From Octopus vulgaris (taxonomy: Eukaryota), in contig OX597816.1 in the NCBI GenBank assembly GCA_951406725.2, forward strand, positions 1,922,001 through 1,986,000: a stretch of 64,000 bases of DNA, read 5' to 3'. Made by a program: the position numbers and the translations under genes. The stretch's first letter is position 1. The number at the start of each line of letters is the position of its first letter. The notes under the pieces are model-generated. The model was not told the DNA's origin and did not search any database. It was given only the letters and a program-made list of their open reading frames with translations. Shown here in pieces: positions 1 through 11,733 of the stretch.

Positions 1-2945
1 TACATCTTAAGTTCCTCGTAGCACATCTTAAGTTCCTCATAGAATATCTTAAGCTCCTAATAGCACATCTTAAGTTCCTCATAGTACATCTTGTGCTGCT
101 CATAGCACATATTATGCTCCTCATAGTACATCATAAGTTCCTCATAGCACATCTTATGTTCCACATAGTACATCTTATACTCCTCATAGCACATCTTATG
201 CTCCACATAGCACATCTTATGCTCCTCGTAGCACATCTTAAGTTCCTTGTAGCACATCTTTTGCTCCTCATAGCACATCTTAATTTCCTCGTAGTACATC
301 TTATGCTCCTCATAGCACATCTTATGCTCCTCGTAGTACATCTTATGCTCCACATAGCACATCTTAAGTTCCTTGTAGCACATCTTTTGCTCCTCATAGC
401 ACATCTTAATTTCCTCGTAGTACATCTTATACTCCTCATAGCACATCTTATGCTCCACATAGCACATCTTATGCTCCACATAGCACATCTTATGCTCCTC
501 GTAGCACATCTTAAGTTCCTTGTAGCACATCTTTTGCTCCTCATAGCACATCTTAATTTCCTCGTAGTACATCTTATGCTCCTCATAGCACATCTTATGC
601 TCTTCGTAGTACATCTTATGCTCCTCGTAGCACATCTTAAGTTCCTCGTAGCATATCTTAAGTTCCTCATAGTACATCTTAAGCTCCTCATAGTAATCTT
701 ATGTTCCTCATAGCACATCTTAAGCTCCTCATAGCACATCTTATGTTCCTCATAGCACATCTTAAGTTCCTCATAGTACATCTAAAGTTCCTCGTAGTAC
801 ATCTTATGCTCCACATAGCACATCTTATGCTCCTCGTAGCACATCTTAAGTTCCTTGTAGCACATCTTTTGCTCCTCATAGCACATCTTAATTTCCTCGT
901 AGTACATCTTATGCTCCTCATAGCACATCTTATGCTCCTCGTAGTACATCTTATGCTCCTCGTAGCACATCTTAAGTTCCTCGTAGCATATCTTAAGTTC
1001 CTCATAGTACATCTTAAGCTCCTCATAGTAATCTTATGTTCCTCATAGCACATCTTAAGCTCCTCATAGCACATCTTATGTTCCTCATAGCACATCTTAA
1101 GTTCCTCATAGTACATCTAAAGTTCCTCGTAGTACATCTTATGCTCCTCATAGTACATCTTATGCTCCTCGTAGCACATCTTGCATTCCTCGTAGCACAT
1201 CTTAAGTTCCTCATAGTACATCTTAAGTTCCTCATAGTACATCTTAAGTTCCTCGTAGTACATCTTATGCTCCTCATAGTACATCTTATGCTCCTCATAG
1301 TACATCTTAAGTTTCTCATAGTACATCTTAAGTTCCTCGTAGTACATCTTAAGTTCCTCGTAGTACATCTTATGCTCCTCATAGTACATCTTATGCTCCT
1401 CGTAGCACATCTTACGTTCCTCGTACCACATCTAAAGTTCCTCATAGTACATCTTATGCTCCTCATAGCACATGTTAAGTTCCTCGTAGCACATCTTAAG
1501 TTCCTCATAGTACATCTTAAGTTCCTCATAGTACATCTTATGCTCCTCATAGCACATCTTATGCTCCTCATAGCACATCTTAAGTTCCTCATAGCACATC
1601 TTATGTTCCTCGTAGCACACCTTAAGTTCCTCATAGTACATCTTATGCTCCTCATAGCACATCTTATGCTCCTCATAGCACATCTTAAGTTCCTTATAGC
1701 ACATCTTATGTTCCTCGTAGCACACCTTAAGTTCCTCATAGTACATCTTATGCTCCTCAAAGCACACCTTATGCTCCTCATAGCACATCTTATGCTCCTC
1801 ATAGCACATCTTATGTTCCTCATAGTACATCTTGTGCTGCTCATAGCACATCTTAAGTTCCTCGTAGCACATATTATGCTCCTCATAGCACATCTTACGT
1901 TCCTCGTAGCACATCTTATGTTCCTCGTAGCATATCTTATGCTCCTCATAGCACATCTTATTTTCCTCATAGTACATCTTATGCTCATAGCACATCTTAT
2001 GTTCCTCATAGTACATCTTATGCTCCACATAGCACATCTTATGTTCCTCGTAGCACATCTTATGTTCCTCGTAGCATATCTTATGCTCCTCATAGCACAT
2101 CTTATGCTCCTCATAGCACATCTTATGCTCCTCATAGCTCATCTTAAGTTCCTCATAGTACATCTTATGCTCCTCATAGCACATCTTAAGTTCCTCATAG
2201 CACATCTTATGCTCCTCATAGCACATCTTATGCTCCTCATAATACATCTTATGCTCCTCATAGCACATCTTATGCTCCTCATAGTACATCTTATGTTCCT
2301 CATAGCACATCTTATGTTCCTCATAGCACATCTCTTATGTTCCTCATAGTACATCTTAAGTTCCTCATAGTACATCTTATGTTCCTCATAGCACATCTTA
2401 TGCTCCTCATAGCACATCTTATGTTCCTCATAGTACATCTTATGTTCCTCATAGTACATCTTATGCTCCTCATAGCACATCTTATGCTCCTCATAGTACA
2501 TCTTATGTTCCTCATAGTACATCTTATGCTCCTCATAGCACATCTTAAGTTCCTCATAGCACATCTTATGCTCCTCATAATACATCTTATGCTCCTCATA
2601 GCACATCTTAAGTTCCTCATAGCACATCTTAAGTTCCTCATAGCACATCTTATGCTCCTCATAGCTCATCTTATGTTCCTCATAGTACATCTTATAGTTC
2701 CTCATAGCTACATCTTATGCTCCTCATAGCACATCTTATGTTCCTCATAGCACATCTTATGCTCTCATCTTATGCTCCTCATAGCACATCTTATGTTCAT
2801 AGCACATCTTATGTTCATAGTACATCCTAATAGCACATCTTATGCTCCTCGATAGCACATCTTATGCTCCTCATAGCACATCTTATGCTCCTCATAGCCG
2901 TCATCTTAAAGAATGAGTCCTCATAGCTCATCTTAAGTTCCTCTT
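1..2945. repeat. 21-bp tandem minisatellite (consensus TAGCACATCTTATGCTCCTCA) with higher-order repeats; runs off the left edge
   Basis: 21-bp period is directly visible and explains all ORFs between 57 and 2729. The variant AGTTCCTTGT recurs at 241, 367, 514 and 849; a 1-nt-deleted unit recurs at 691 and 1026. The array decays after about 2760. Confidence 0.97.
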
Positions 2946-3257
2946 AATAACTGTTAACAGGTTAATAACTTTTGAGTACAACATTTCCTGTGACTTGTTG
3001 CTAAGTGAATTTAAAAAGTTTCTCAGCATCAAGCAGACGAAGTTAATCAAAGAAGGAGCCAAAGTGTTGATAATTTGGGAGATCAGAACAAGATATTTGA
3101 AATATATACATTACAGCTAGCGCTGTTGCACATTACCAATATTGTACACATTGGTATTTTAATCTAAGGCTGTTCAAAGTGTGTCTATTGAAGTACACAC
3201 ACACACACACACACACACATGCATGCACACTCTCACACACGCAAACACACATATATA

Positions 3258-3288
<31 letters not shown>

Positions 3289-3949
3289 ATGTATATGTAT
3301 GTGTTATAGTCAACCAATTTAAAATGTTTCATGCAAAAGACATTTTTTTTAGAAAGAAAAATCAAGTTAAAAACCTAAACACAATTGTTTTGTAGCTTTT
3401 GAAATTGAAATTACTGAAGAAAATAGAAATATTTTTTTTGATGATTTCTGAGAAAAGGAGGGAATTACAAGTGAGTGAAACATTTTGTTATTCCCCATTC
3501 ATTGTCCTTTGTATGCCTTGTCTACAAAGCTTTAATGCTTTCTTTACTCTATTTACATTGAAATACATTGTTTTGCATCAGTCTTGAAAATAATAAAGAA
3601 TATGTCAGAATATCTTTGCTGTTTCTAAGCTTGTGTTTGGAACATGAATTAACAGGAAATCTTGATGGAATGGTTTAATTAAGATTCCTTTAAGACAGGA
3701 AGTCTGTATTATAGGACCAGGAATGATTTCAGAAGGATTGGAGTCAAAAGAATCAAACCTTTGTCTAATCAAGAATATTTTCCAATGACCAAAGAGAAGA
3801 TGAAAATGTTATGAGCAGCAGAAGGATTCTCTTCAAACTATTCATTTTTCATTTTCTTTGTGTATAGTTCCAGATGCTCCGTAAAGAGGCAATACGTTTG
3901 GCTGATCTACTTCCTGAGGGATGGTCACTTACCGTTCAGATTTCTTTTA

Positions 3950-4195
3950 CATCATCATCGTTTAGTGTCTGCTTTCAATGCTGGCATGGGTTGGACGGTG
4001 CAACTGGGGTCTGGGAAGCCGGAAGGCTGCACCAGGCCCAGTCTGATCTGGCAATGTTTCTACGGCTGGATGCCCTTCCTAACGCCAACCACTCCATGAG
4101 TGTAGTGGGTGCTTTTTATGTGCCACCGGCACAGGTGCCAGACGAGGCTAGCAAACGGCCACGATTGGATGGTGTTTTTTACGTGCCACTGGCAG
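3950..4195 (-). mobile_element. 5'-truncated RTE LINE 3' UTR fragment with (GAT)n tail
   Basis: Reverse complement of 15480-15670, the 3' end of the RTE copy. Confidence 0.8.
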
Positions 4196-4719
4196 AAAAG
4201 ACAAAAGATTTACTGAAAATATAAACATCGTCACAGAAACACTATCATCTTGATGTATTCTCCAGCAAAAGTGTAATTTATCAGTGATAATAGAGTCAGT
4301 TGTTCTTGTATCTGGTGGTCCATGATGAAGTCAGGTTGTCTGTTGAGATGATAAAGGTACATGGGACTTGAGTTACTCAAAGGAACTCAAGTATCCAAGA
4401 AAAAGGGAACGGAATGAGATGATTTCTTGTAATCTTGCCAGTCTTTGACCAAGTACCTCTGCTACTGCTGCACCTCTAACATCACAGTTTTATTAATTAA
4501 AAGTTAATTAAAATTAGGTAGGTATGTATGTATGGATGGATGGATGGATGGATGGATGGATGTGATGTGATTGGCGGAATGACTCTTCTGTTCAGAAGTT
4601 GAGATGGATCACATTTAAATTTCACCTTTATTCTCTTTTACTTTTCTTTTACTTGTTTCAGTCATTTGACTGTGGCCATGCTGGAGCACAACTAAATTTT
4701 TCCCATTCACACAAGGCAC

Positions 4720-5275
4720 CATCATCATCATCATCGTTACATTTGTTGTCATTGTTGTCATTGTCCACTTTTCCATGTTTGCGTGGGATCAGAGAGAATT
4801 TGTTAAGGCAGGTCTTCAAGGACCAGACGATGCCCTTCCAGTCACCAACCCCTGCTCCTGTTTCCAAGCAAGTTAATGTTTCCCCATGATCAGACATGTT
4901 TTTCATGGAAGACTCGAAATGAACAACATGGGTTGTAAAACGATAGTGCCCCTTTGCAACCCCCAGGTGATATCAAGATGAACACATACACACATGCACA
5001 CACATGCACATGCATGCATATATAACACACTCATGCATATACATACATGCACACACATTCATACATACATAGTATATATGCATATACACACACATGCACA
5101 CGCACACACACATAAGCTTCTTTCAGTTTCCCTCTACCAAATCCACTCACAAGACTTTGGTCAGCCTTGGGCTATAGAAGAAAACACTTTCCCCACAGTG
5201 CCATGCAGTGGGATTGAACTTAAAACCGCATGGTTGAGAAACAAGCTTCTTAACCACACAGCCACTCCTGCACCT
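4720..5275 (-). mobile_element. tRNA-derived SINE: family A head with RTE-type tail
   Basis: Family A head at 5110-5275, then a (CA)n spacer, then a tail with a GAAGGGCATC-like motif ending in (GAT)n on the minus strand. Confidence 0.65.
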
Positions 5276-5289
5276 CATGTATTTAACAA

Positions 5290-5700
5290 CTGCAGTTGAT
5301 GATGGCCTGAATAATGGATTAACTCAAATAGTTCCATTGTGCTGGTTCCACTGCCATTTTAAATGATGCTTCTAATAATGTTGAATGAGATTTACTGGCA
5401 TAAATTCCTCGACTTAAACTGGTGACAGCCATAATCATTTCCAAGCAAAGAATGCCAACATTGAAAAGATATCCATCCTCATTCTCTTTTCTCCATAAAC
5501 AAGAAGATAAAACAACTCTGGAATTGTGATAAGCTAAAGCTACACAGAAATGGTAAAGTTAATTTCTTGGTTGAACCAGTCCATTTCACTTAGTCTTTCA
5601 TATCTGGAATTTCTTTCCATATTCAATAACCGTGACAAAAATGGGTTCTGCTTGACTGACTTTTGTGTTATACACAGTCTGAAGATGAAGTCTTTGATGA
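5290..5700 (-). pseudogene. Possible highly decayed DDD/E transposase remnant (Sola-like)
   Basis: Manual minus-strand translation gives DYGCHQFKSRN and, across a frameshift, QWNY-F-ELIH. These resemble DGCxxQFKSR and WNYFExxHGKG motifs. Many stops. Confidence 0.25.
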
Positions 5701-6339
5701 TGACCCAATGATCCAAGGGTTATGCTCCATGAATAGATTGTTCTACATTTTTGTTATATGGGTTTCTAGAGAAGTGGGGTGGGAATACATTGTCTAAAGC
5801 TTCATTAGGGTTTCCTTTTTTTTTTCTTTTTGCATTTTTAGTGTATGCAGATAGAATATTGATTCCACACCATTGATAGAAGAACACAAACCATTCCTGC
5901 TATTCCTGCTTTGGGTGTTTAGCTTGAAACCAAAGTGACTCAGTGTGTTATGACTCATTTTAATATAGAAATATATAACAACTTTTTGCACAACAATTTC
6001 CCAATGTCTTCCATTAGAGAACAGCATATGCAAATTATTTTCTGCTGGCTGCTTGTGAGTCCGTGCACTTTCTGGCTGGTTTGTTGGCGCCTAACCCAGC
6101 AAAACACCTTTATGCTTTGGTAGTTGAAGTGAGTGGTGAAATCCTACAATGCGGGAGAGACAGTCTTTGTGAAATTGTGAAACGAGTTCAATGTAATTAA
6201 ACAACAGAAACACTAATTGAATGTTTGATCTGTTTACTGTATGTATGTATGTAGCAGCAGCTCCGTTGGTCTGCAGACGAGGGACTCGTTAAAATCTCTA
6301 TCACAAAGATTACATATTACAGATGGCCTACGTCAATTA

Positions 6340-6735
6340 ATGATGTTGTGGATTGTAATGATAACGATGAGGAATAATGATGATCACAACGGCGATGATG
6401 ATGATGATGATAATGATGATGATGACGACGACGACAATGGTAATGATGATGATAATGATGATAAAGATGATGATGATGATGATGATGATGACAATGGTGA
6501 TAACAATGATGATCATGATGATGGTGGTGGTGGTGGTGGTGGTGGTGGTGGCAGCAGTGGTGTGGTGACATTGATGATGATGATGATGATGACGACAACA
6601 ATGGTGATGATGATGATGGTGATGATGGTGGTGGTGGTAGTGGTGGTGGTGGTGGTGTTGTTGTTGTTGTTGTGGTGGTGGTGGTGGGTGGTGGTGTGGT
6701 GACATTGATGATGATGATGATGATGATGACAACAA
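6340..6735. repeat. (GAT)n/(GGT)n compound microsatellite
   Basis: Direct; source of the poly-D/G/H/M ORFs. Confidence 0.95.
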
Positions 6736-7189
6736 CTTAATGAAAGAAACCAACATTTGAAATATTCGTTAATGATAGAATGCTCAAAACAGTGATTACA
6801 AACGCTAATGAAATATTCCCAATTAAAACAGTCCTGTTAATTTCCTACCATTCATCTGACATTTTTGCTTTTAAAACACATTTCCAAAATAAAAGAAAAA
6901 ACTCGAAACGGTCACCGATTTTTGGTAAGTTGCATTCGGGAAGAATTGAGAAGAAGAAACTAATGGAAAAAAAAAAAAAAAAAAAGAACCTGATGGATTT
7001 GATTGGTTTTATCATGTCTTTTCTTTTTTGTAGTTTTGTTTGTCCATATTTGTTTGTCTTTCATAGATTTTATTGTAAAAGTATTTCCATCTTCAGCCTC
7101 CGTTTTCCTCTTCCTTTCTGGCTGCCATTCTTTGAATGTTTCTAACGAAATCCAACCAAATTATCTTCTATGGATTCGTTTACCTTTTT

Positions 7190-7595
7190 CGTCTTTTATC
7201 TGTTTCAGTCATTAGAGTGTGGCCATGCTGGGGCAGTGCCAAGGAGAAGTTTTAGTCAAATGAATTGCCTCCAGCACTTTTTACTTCTTCTTTCAAGCTT
7301 GGTACTTGTTCTATCGGTCTCTTTTGCTGAACTGCTAAGTCACAGGGGTGTAAACACATCAACACCAGTTCTCAAATGGTGGTGGTGGTGGGGGCAAACA
7401 CAGACACAAAGGCACATACACATACACACATACATACGATGGGCTTCTTTCAGTTTCCATCTACCAAACCCACTCACAAGGTCTTGGTCGGCCCGAGGCT
7501 ATAGTAGAAGACACATGCCTAAGGTGCCATGCAGTGGGACTGAACCTGGAGCCTTGTGGTTGGGAAGCAAGCGTCTTACCCACACAGCCATTCCT
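7190..7595 (-). mobile_element. tRNA-derived SINE family A
   Basis: Reverse complement of 31784-32190: A/B boxes, CCTTRGGCA central motif, diverged hairpin tail. Confidence 0.85.
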
Positions 7596-8029
7596 GGAAG
7601 TTGTTTATGTTGTTAGGTTTTTCTATTTGTTTTTAAAATGTAACTAAAAATAAATAAGAACTAAAAGTATAAAGAAATCTCTCTCTATTTATAATAAAAG
7701 CTGACATGAATAGTGTTGGTTGCTTGGCTGGTGGGTTTCACCAGTTGTGCTTTCGATGATATTGAGAGAGGATGAGAGAGAGTAAAGGAGAGATACAGAG
7801 AGACTTAACATGAGAGGTGCAAGATGAGTGCATATACTAGGCTTGATGGCATGCAATGAGTAAAAGAATGCTATGCACCCACACACTCAGAGTGAGAGAG
7901 ACAGTCATTGACATAGAGGAGGGAGAGTAAATGACAGAGTAGTTATAGGAGAAATTAGCTTTTTTATTAGATTTTTTTTTACTATTTTAAGGTAATAAGT
8001 TATTTTCTTTAGAAAATTAGCATCCATTT

Positions 8030-8410
8030 AAGTGTGGCTGTGTGGTAAGAAGTTTGTTTCCCAGCCACATGGTTCCAGGTTCAATTCTACTGCATGGCAC
8101 CTTAGGCAAGTATCTTCTACTGTGGCCTTGGGCTAAGCAAAGCCTTGTGAATGGATTTGGTGAATGGAAAATTAAAAGAAGCCAGTTGTGTGTCTGTGTG
8201 TCCATGTTTGTCCCCCACCCCTACTTCTTGACAACCAGTATTGGTATGTTTACATCCCTATGACCGAGCAGTTTGGCAATGGAGATCAACAAAATATGAA
8301 CCAGGCTTAGAAAAACTAGCACTGGGGTTGATCTGTTTGATAAAAATTCTTCAAGGTGGTGCCCCAGCATGGCCACAGTCAAATGACTGAAACAAGTAGA
8401 AGATAAAAGA
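8030..8410 (+). mobile_element. tRNA-derived SINE family A
   Basis: GTGGCTGTGTGG A box, GGTTCAATTC B-box-like sequence, tail CAGCATGGCCACAGTCAAATGACTGAAAC. Confidence 0.85.
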
Positions 8411-8444
8411 TTTCACCCTTTTACATAAGCACCCTGGGTAATTT

Positions 8445-8937
8445 GATCATCATCATCGTTTAACATCCGCTTTCCATGCTGGCATGGGTTGGACGATTTG
8501 ATTGAGGACTGGTGAACCAGGAGGCTGCACCAGGTTCCAATCTGATCTAGCAGAGTTTCTACAGCTGGATGCCCTTCCTAACGCCAACCACTACGAGAGT
8601 GTAGTGGGTGCTTTTACGTGCCACTGGCACAGGGCCAGTCATGCAGCAATGGCAACGACCTCGCTCGAATCTTTTACCCATGCCACCGGCACATATGCCA
8701 GTAAGGCGATGCTGGTAACGATCACGCTCGAATGGTATCATTTATGGAGGTCAGATAGCCACTCTGGCAATGATCACGCTCGGATGGAGCTCTTAATACC
8801 CAACTAGCACGAGGCTCGAGTGCCAGTAAGGTGACACTGGTAGCGATCACGCTCGAATGGTGCCTTTTAAGTGCCACTGGCATGGAAGCTGGTTAGCTGC
8901 TCTGTCAATGATCACACTTGTATGGTGCTCTTTGCAC
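8445..8937 (-). mobile_element. RTE LINE 3' UTR fragment with several ~65-nt internal subrepeats
   Basis: Same 3' end as 15480-15670; repeated TGCCACTGGCAC and GATCACGCTCG units. Confidence 0.8.
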
Positions 8938-9014
8938 CCTTCATGAAAGTTAAATTCTAATAATTGTGTGCCAACCATATTTCTTAGTGTTAGCCATGGA
9001 TGGGGAAGGCAATA

Positions 9015-9410
9015 GGCTGGCACAACCATCAGCACAATATCGGCAAAATGCTGAGCGGCATTCCGTTCGTCTTTATGTTCAGAGTTCAAATTCCACCAAA
9101 AGCAAACTTACCCTTAATGAAACAAATACCTGTTGATCATTGGGGTTAACTTAATCGACTAACCCTCTGCCCACGAAATTACGGGCCTTGTGCCACAACT
9201 GGAAACCAATAAAGCATGAAAAAGGGAAGAACCGTTAGCATGGCTGCACCATCTGCCTTGACTTTCTGAGTTCAAAGTTCACCAAGACTGACTTTGCCTT
9301 TCATCCTTTAAGGGTTGACAAAATAAGTACCAGTTAAGTACTGGGGTCAATGTAATCAACTTCCCTCCTCCCCCAAAATTGCTGGCCTTGTGCCAAAATT
9401 TGAAGCAAGT
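9015..9410 (+). mobile_element. Two decayed SINE family C copies
   Basis: GAGTTCAAA B-box-like sequence and GCCTTTCATCCTT...AAATAAGTACCAGTT domain, as at 28646 and 45120. Confidence 0.7.
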
Positions 9411-9474
9411 GTTACCCATGGCAGGAAAAGTATCCTTCCAAAGTTACCCATCATCATCTGATGGGTAACAGTCT

Positions 9475-9692
9475 TTCATTCTTTTCCTCGTTTCAGTCAT
9501 TTGACTGTGGTCATGCTGGAGCACTACCTTTAGTCGAACAAATCAACCCCAGGTCTTATTCTTTGTAAGCTTAATACTTATTCTATCAGTCTCTTTTGCC
9601 GAACTGCTAAGTTAGAGAATGTAAACATACCTACATCAGTTGTCAAGTAATGGTGGAGGGACAAACACAGTCACACAAACATATACATGTAT

Positions 9693-9731
<39 letters not shown>

Positions 9732-10140
9732 AATATACATGTGAACAGCCAGTGAACAGCATTTGATGATACCACTCTGACTTGAATCTCATTAACAATT
9801 CAAAATGATGACTTTTATTCCTCTTAATTCTACTTCAGTTCATTTAATTGTATTTATTTATTGTTACTTTTCATAAAAAAGCCTTTATTTTTTTATATCT
9901 AATGTGCATTTTCGCTTTTTTTCTTCTTACTTTCTTCATATCTTTTCTATGTGTAGTTTCTATTTGCTTTTTGAAACATATTTCTATTATATATATATAT
10001 ATACACACACTTATATGATGGGCTTCTTTCAGTTTCCATCTACCAAATCCACTCACAAGACTTTGGTCAGCCTGAGGTTATAGTAGAAGACACTTGCCCA
10101 AGGTGCCACACAGTGGGACTGAACCCAGAACCATGTGGTC
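9475..10140 (-). mobile_element. SINE family A split by an unidentified ~240-bp insert (about 9745-9985)
   Basis: Tail half at 9475-9720 and head half at 10015-10140 are collinear with the family consensus. Confidence 0.75.
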
Positions 10141-10639
10141 TTTGTTTTTATTAAAAAAATAAATCTACTCATTGTTTATTGAATTAAAAGTACCATTTTT
10201 GGTATTTTATGTGTAAATAAACTATGTAAAATAAAAACAAATTAATGTGAAAGAATAAGAAAATGTTGGCGGATTGTATGTTGCGTTGGAATTTATTTTT
10301 TTAAAATATATGGGGGGGGGAGCTAGAATTGCGTCTAGATTATGAGTTGTGAGGTTGTATGAGGCATTAGCAGGGATTATAAAGTGTCCTAAAGCAATGC
10401 AATTAGATCTGCTTGTTCTACGAGCGAGTGAGTGCCAGATGTATTGGTGGATGTTTCTTTGTAGTGTGTGGAAGAACAGAGGAACAAAGATTCTGGTATT
10501 AGGAGCAAAACAGCAATCTGGAAACAATAACAACAACAATAACAACTTGATGAAGCTTGTCCTGTAGAGATGCTTCTATATGCCTAATGAGATATAAAAA
10601 TACAATTTATATGTTTTATACATATATACACACGCACAC

Positions 10640-10690
<51 letters not shown>

Positions 10691-10720
10691 TTTATATATA
10701 TATATATATATATATATACA

Positions 10721-10890
10721 TCTCTCACTATATAAAATTCTTTGTGTCTGTCTGTCTGTCTATTCCCTATGCATTCTCAAACGCCTCCACCAAATCAAAT
10801 CAAATTTTACAAAAAAATAGTATTAAACCCTGTGAGTGTCAACATGTAATTGTTATTTTCATTTGGATTAAAATGATATAACATTTTATC
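10721..10890 (+). mobile_element. Helitron-like 5' end fragment
   Basis: A|TCTCTCACTATATAAA followed by (TGTC)n, the same architecture as the element at 11128. No 3' CTAG found. Confidence 0.5.
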
Positions 10891-10914
10891 TAATATGCAT
10901 ACATGTATATATAT

Positions 10915-11473
10915 TACTCATTTACTCTTTTACTTGTTTCAGTCATTTGACTGCGGCCATGCTGGAGCACCGCCTTTAGTCGAGCAAATCGACCCCAGGA
11001 CTTATTCTTTGTAATCCTAGTACTTATTCTATCGGTCTCTTTTACCGAAGTTATGCTAAGTTACGGGGACGTAAACACACTAGCATTGGTTGTCAAGCGA
11101 TGTTGGGGGGACAAACATACACACGCATCTCTCTATATATAAACGGCAGTTTGTCTGTCTGTGTGTCTGTCAGGTTGTACCCTCACCCTGACCACGGCTT
11201 TCAACCGATTCTGATGAAACTTGACACACACATAGCCCAATGTCATAATTCAAAACTAACGTAGCGAAAATTTTGAAAAGTTCCCCCAGTTCTGAAAAAA
11301 AATCGATAAATTCGACATGGGTCAAGAATCTAAGCTTTTTATATGCAACACATTTTCTACAGACTGTCTAGGGGACGCAACTCAACCTTTTTAACTCTCG
11401 GAACACGTGGGCTAAGTATCCCAAAATGTATAAAAATGTACAAAAACGGCAAAAACGCCGGGCTATGCTGCTA

Positions 11474-11523
<50 letters not shown>

Positions 11524-11715
11524 GAAGCCTGCCGTATATATAAATATATACGGCAGGCTTCTTTCAGTTTCCGTCTACCAAATCCACTTACAAGGCTTTG
11601 GTCACCCTGAGGTTATAGTAGAAGATACCTTCCCCAAGTTGCCACGCAGTGGGACTGAACCCGGAACCATGTGGTTGGTAAGCAAGCTACTTGCCACACA
11701 GCCACTCCTGCGCCT
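10915..11715 (-). mobile_element. SINE family A interrupted by a Helitron
   Basis: Tail half at 10915-11125, head half at 11550-11715. Confidence 0.85.
11128..11474 (+). mobile_element. Complete non-autonomous Helitron (347 bp)
   Basis: 5' TC follows an A; (TGTC)n near the 5' end; subterminal hairpin CGGC-AAAAAC-GCCG (11447-11460); 3' CTAG followed by T; no TSD. Confidence 0.85.
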
Positions 11716-11733
11716 ATATTATAAATAGTATAA

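Noticed and set aside
93-2729. Plus-strand (MLLIAHL)n and minus-strand (RCAMRSI)n ORFs as genes
   Set aside because: By-products of a stop-free 21-bp unit; all common variants are non-synonymous in these frames.
1-2945. CRISPR-like array
   Set aside because: Units are contiguous with no unique spacers, no cas genes are present, and the context is eukaryotic.
3868-3945. Possible plus-strand exon (TATAG|FQMLRKEAIRLADLLPEGW)
   Set aside because: Plausible acceptor but no convincing donor; runs into an RTE fragment.
6241-6756. Poly-D/G/H/M ORFs, and similar ones at 19-21, 27.8-29.4, 30.7-31.6, 38, 45.4 and 63 kb
   Set aside because: Translations of di- and trinucleotide microsatellites, open in several frames on both strands.
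10150-10510. Possible L1/Tx1-like 3' end on the minus strand
   Set aside because: A-rich end and short ORF only; no diagnostic motif.
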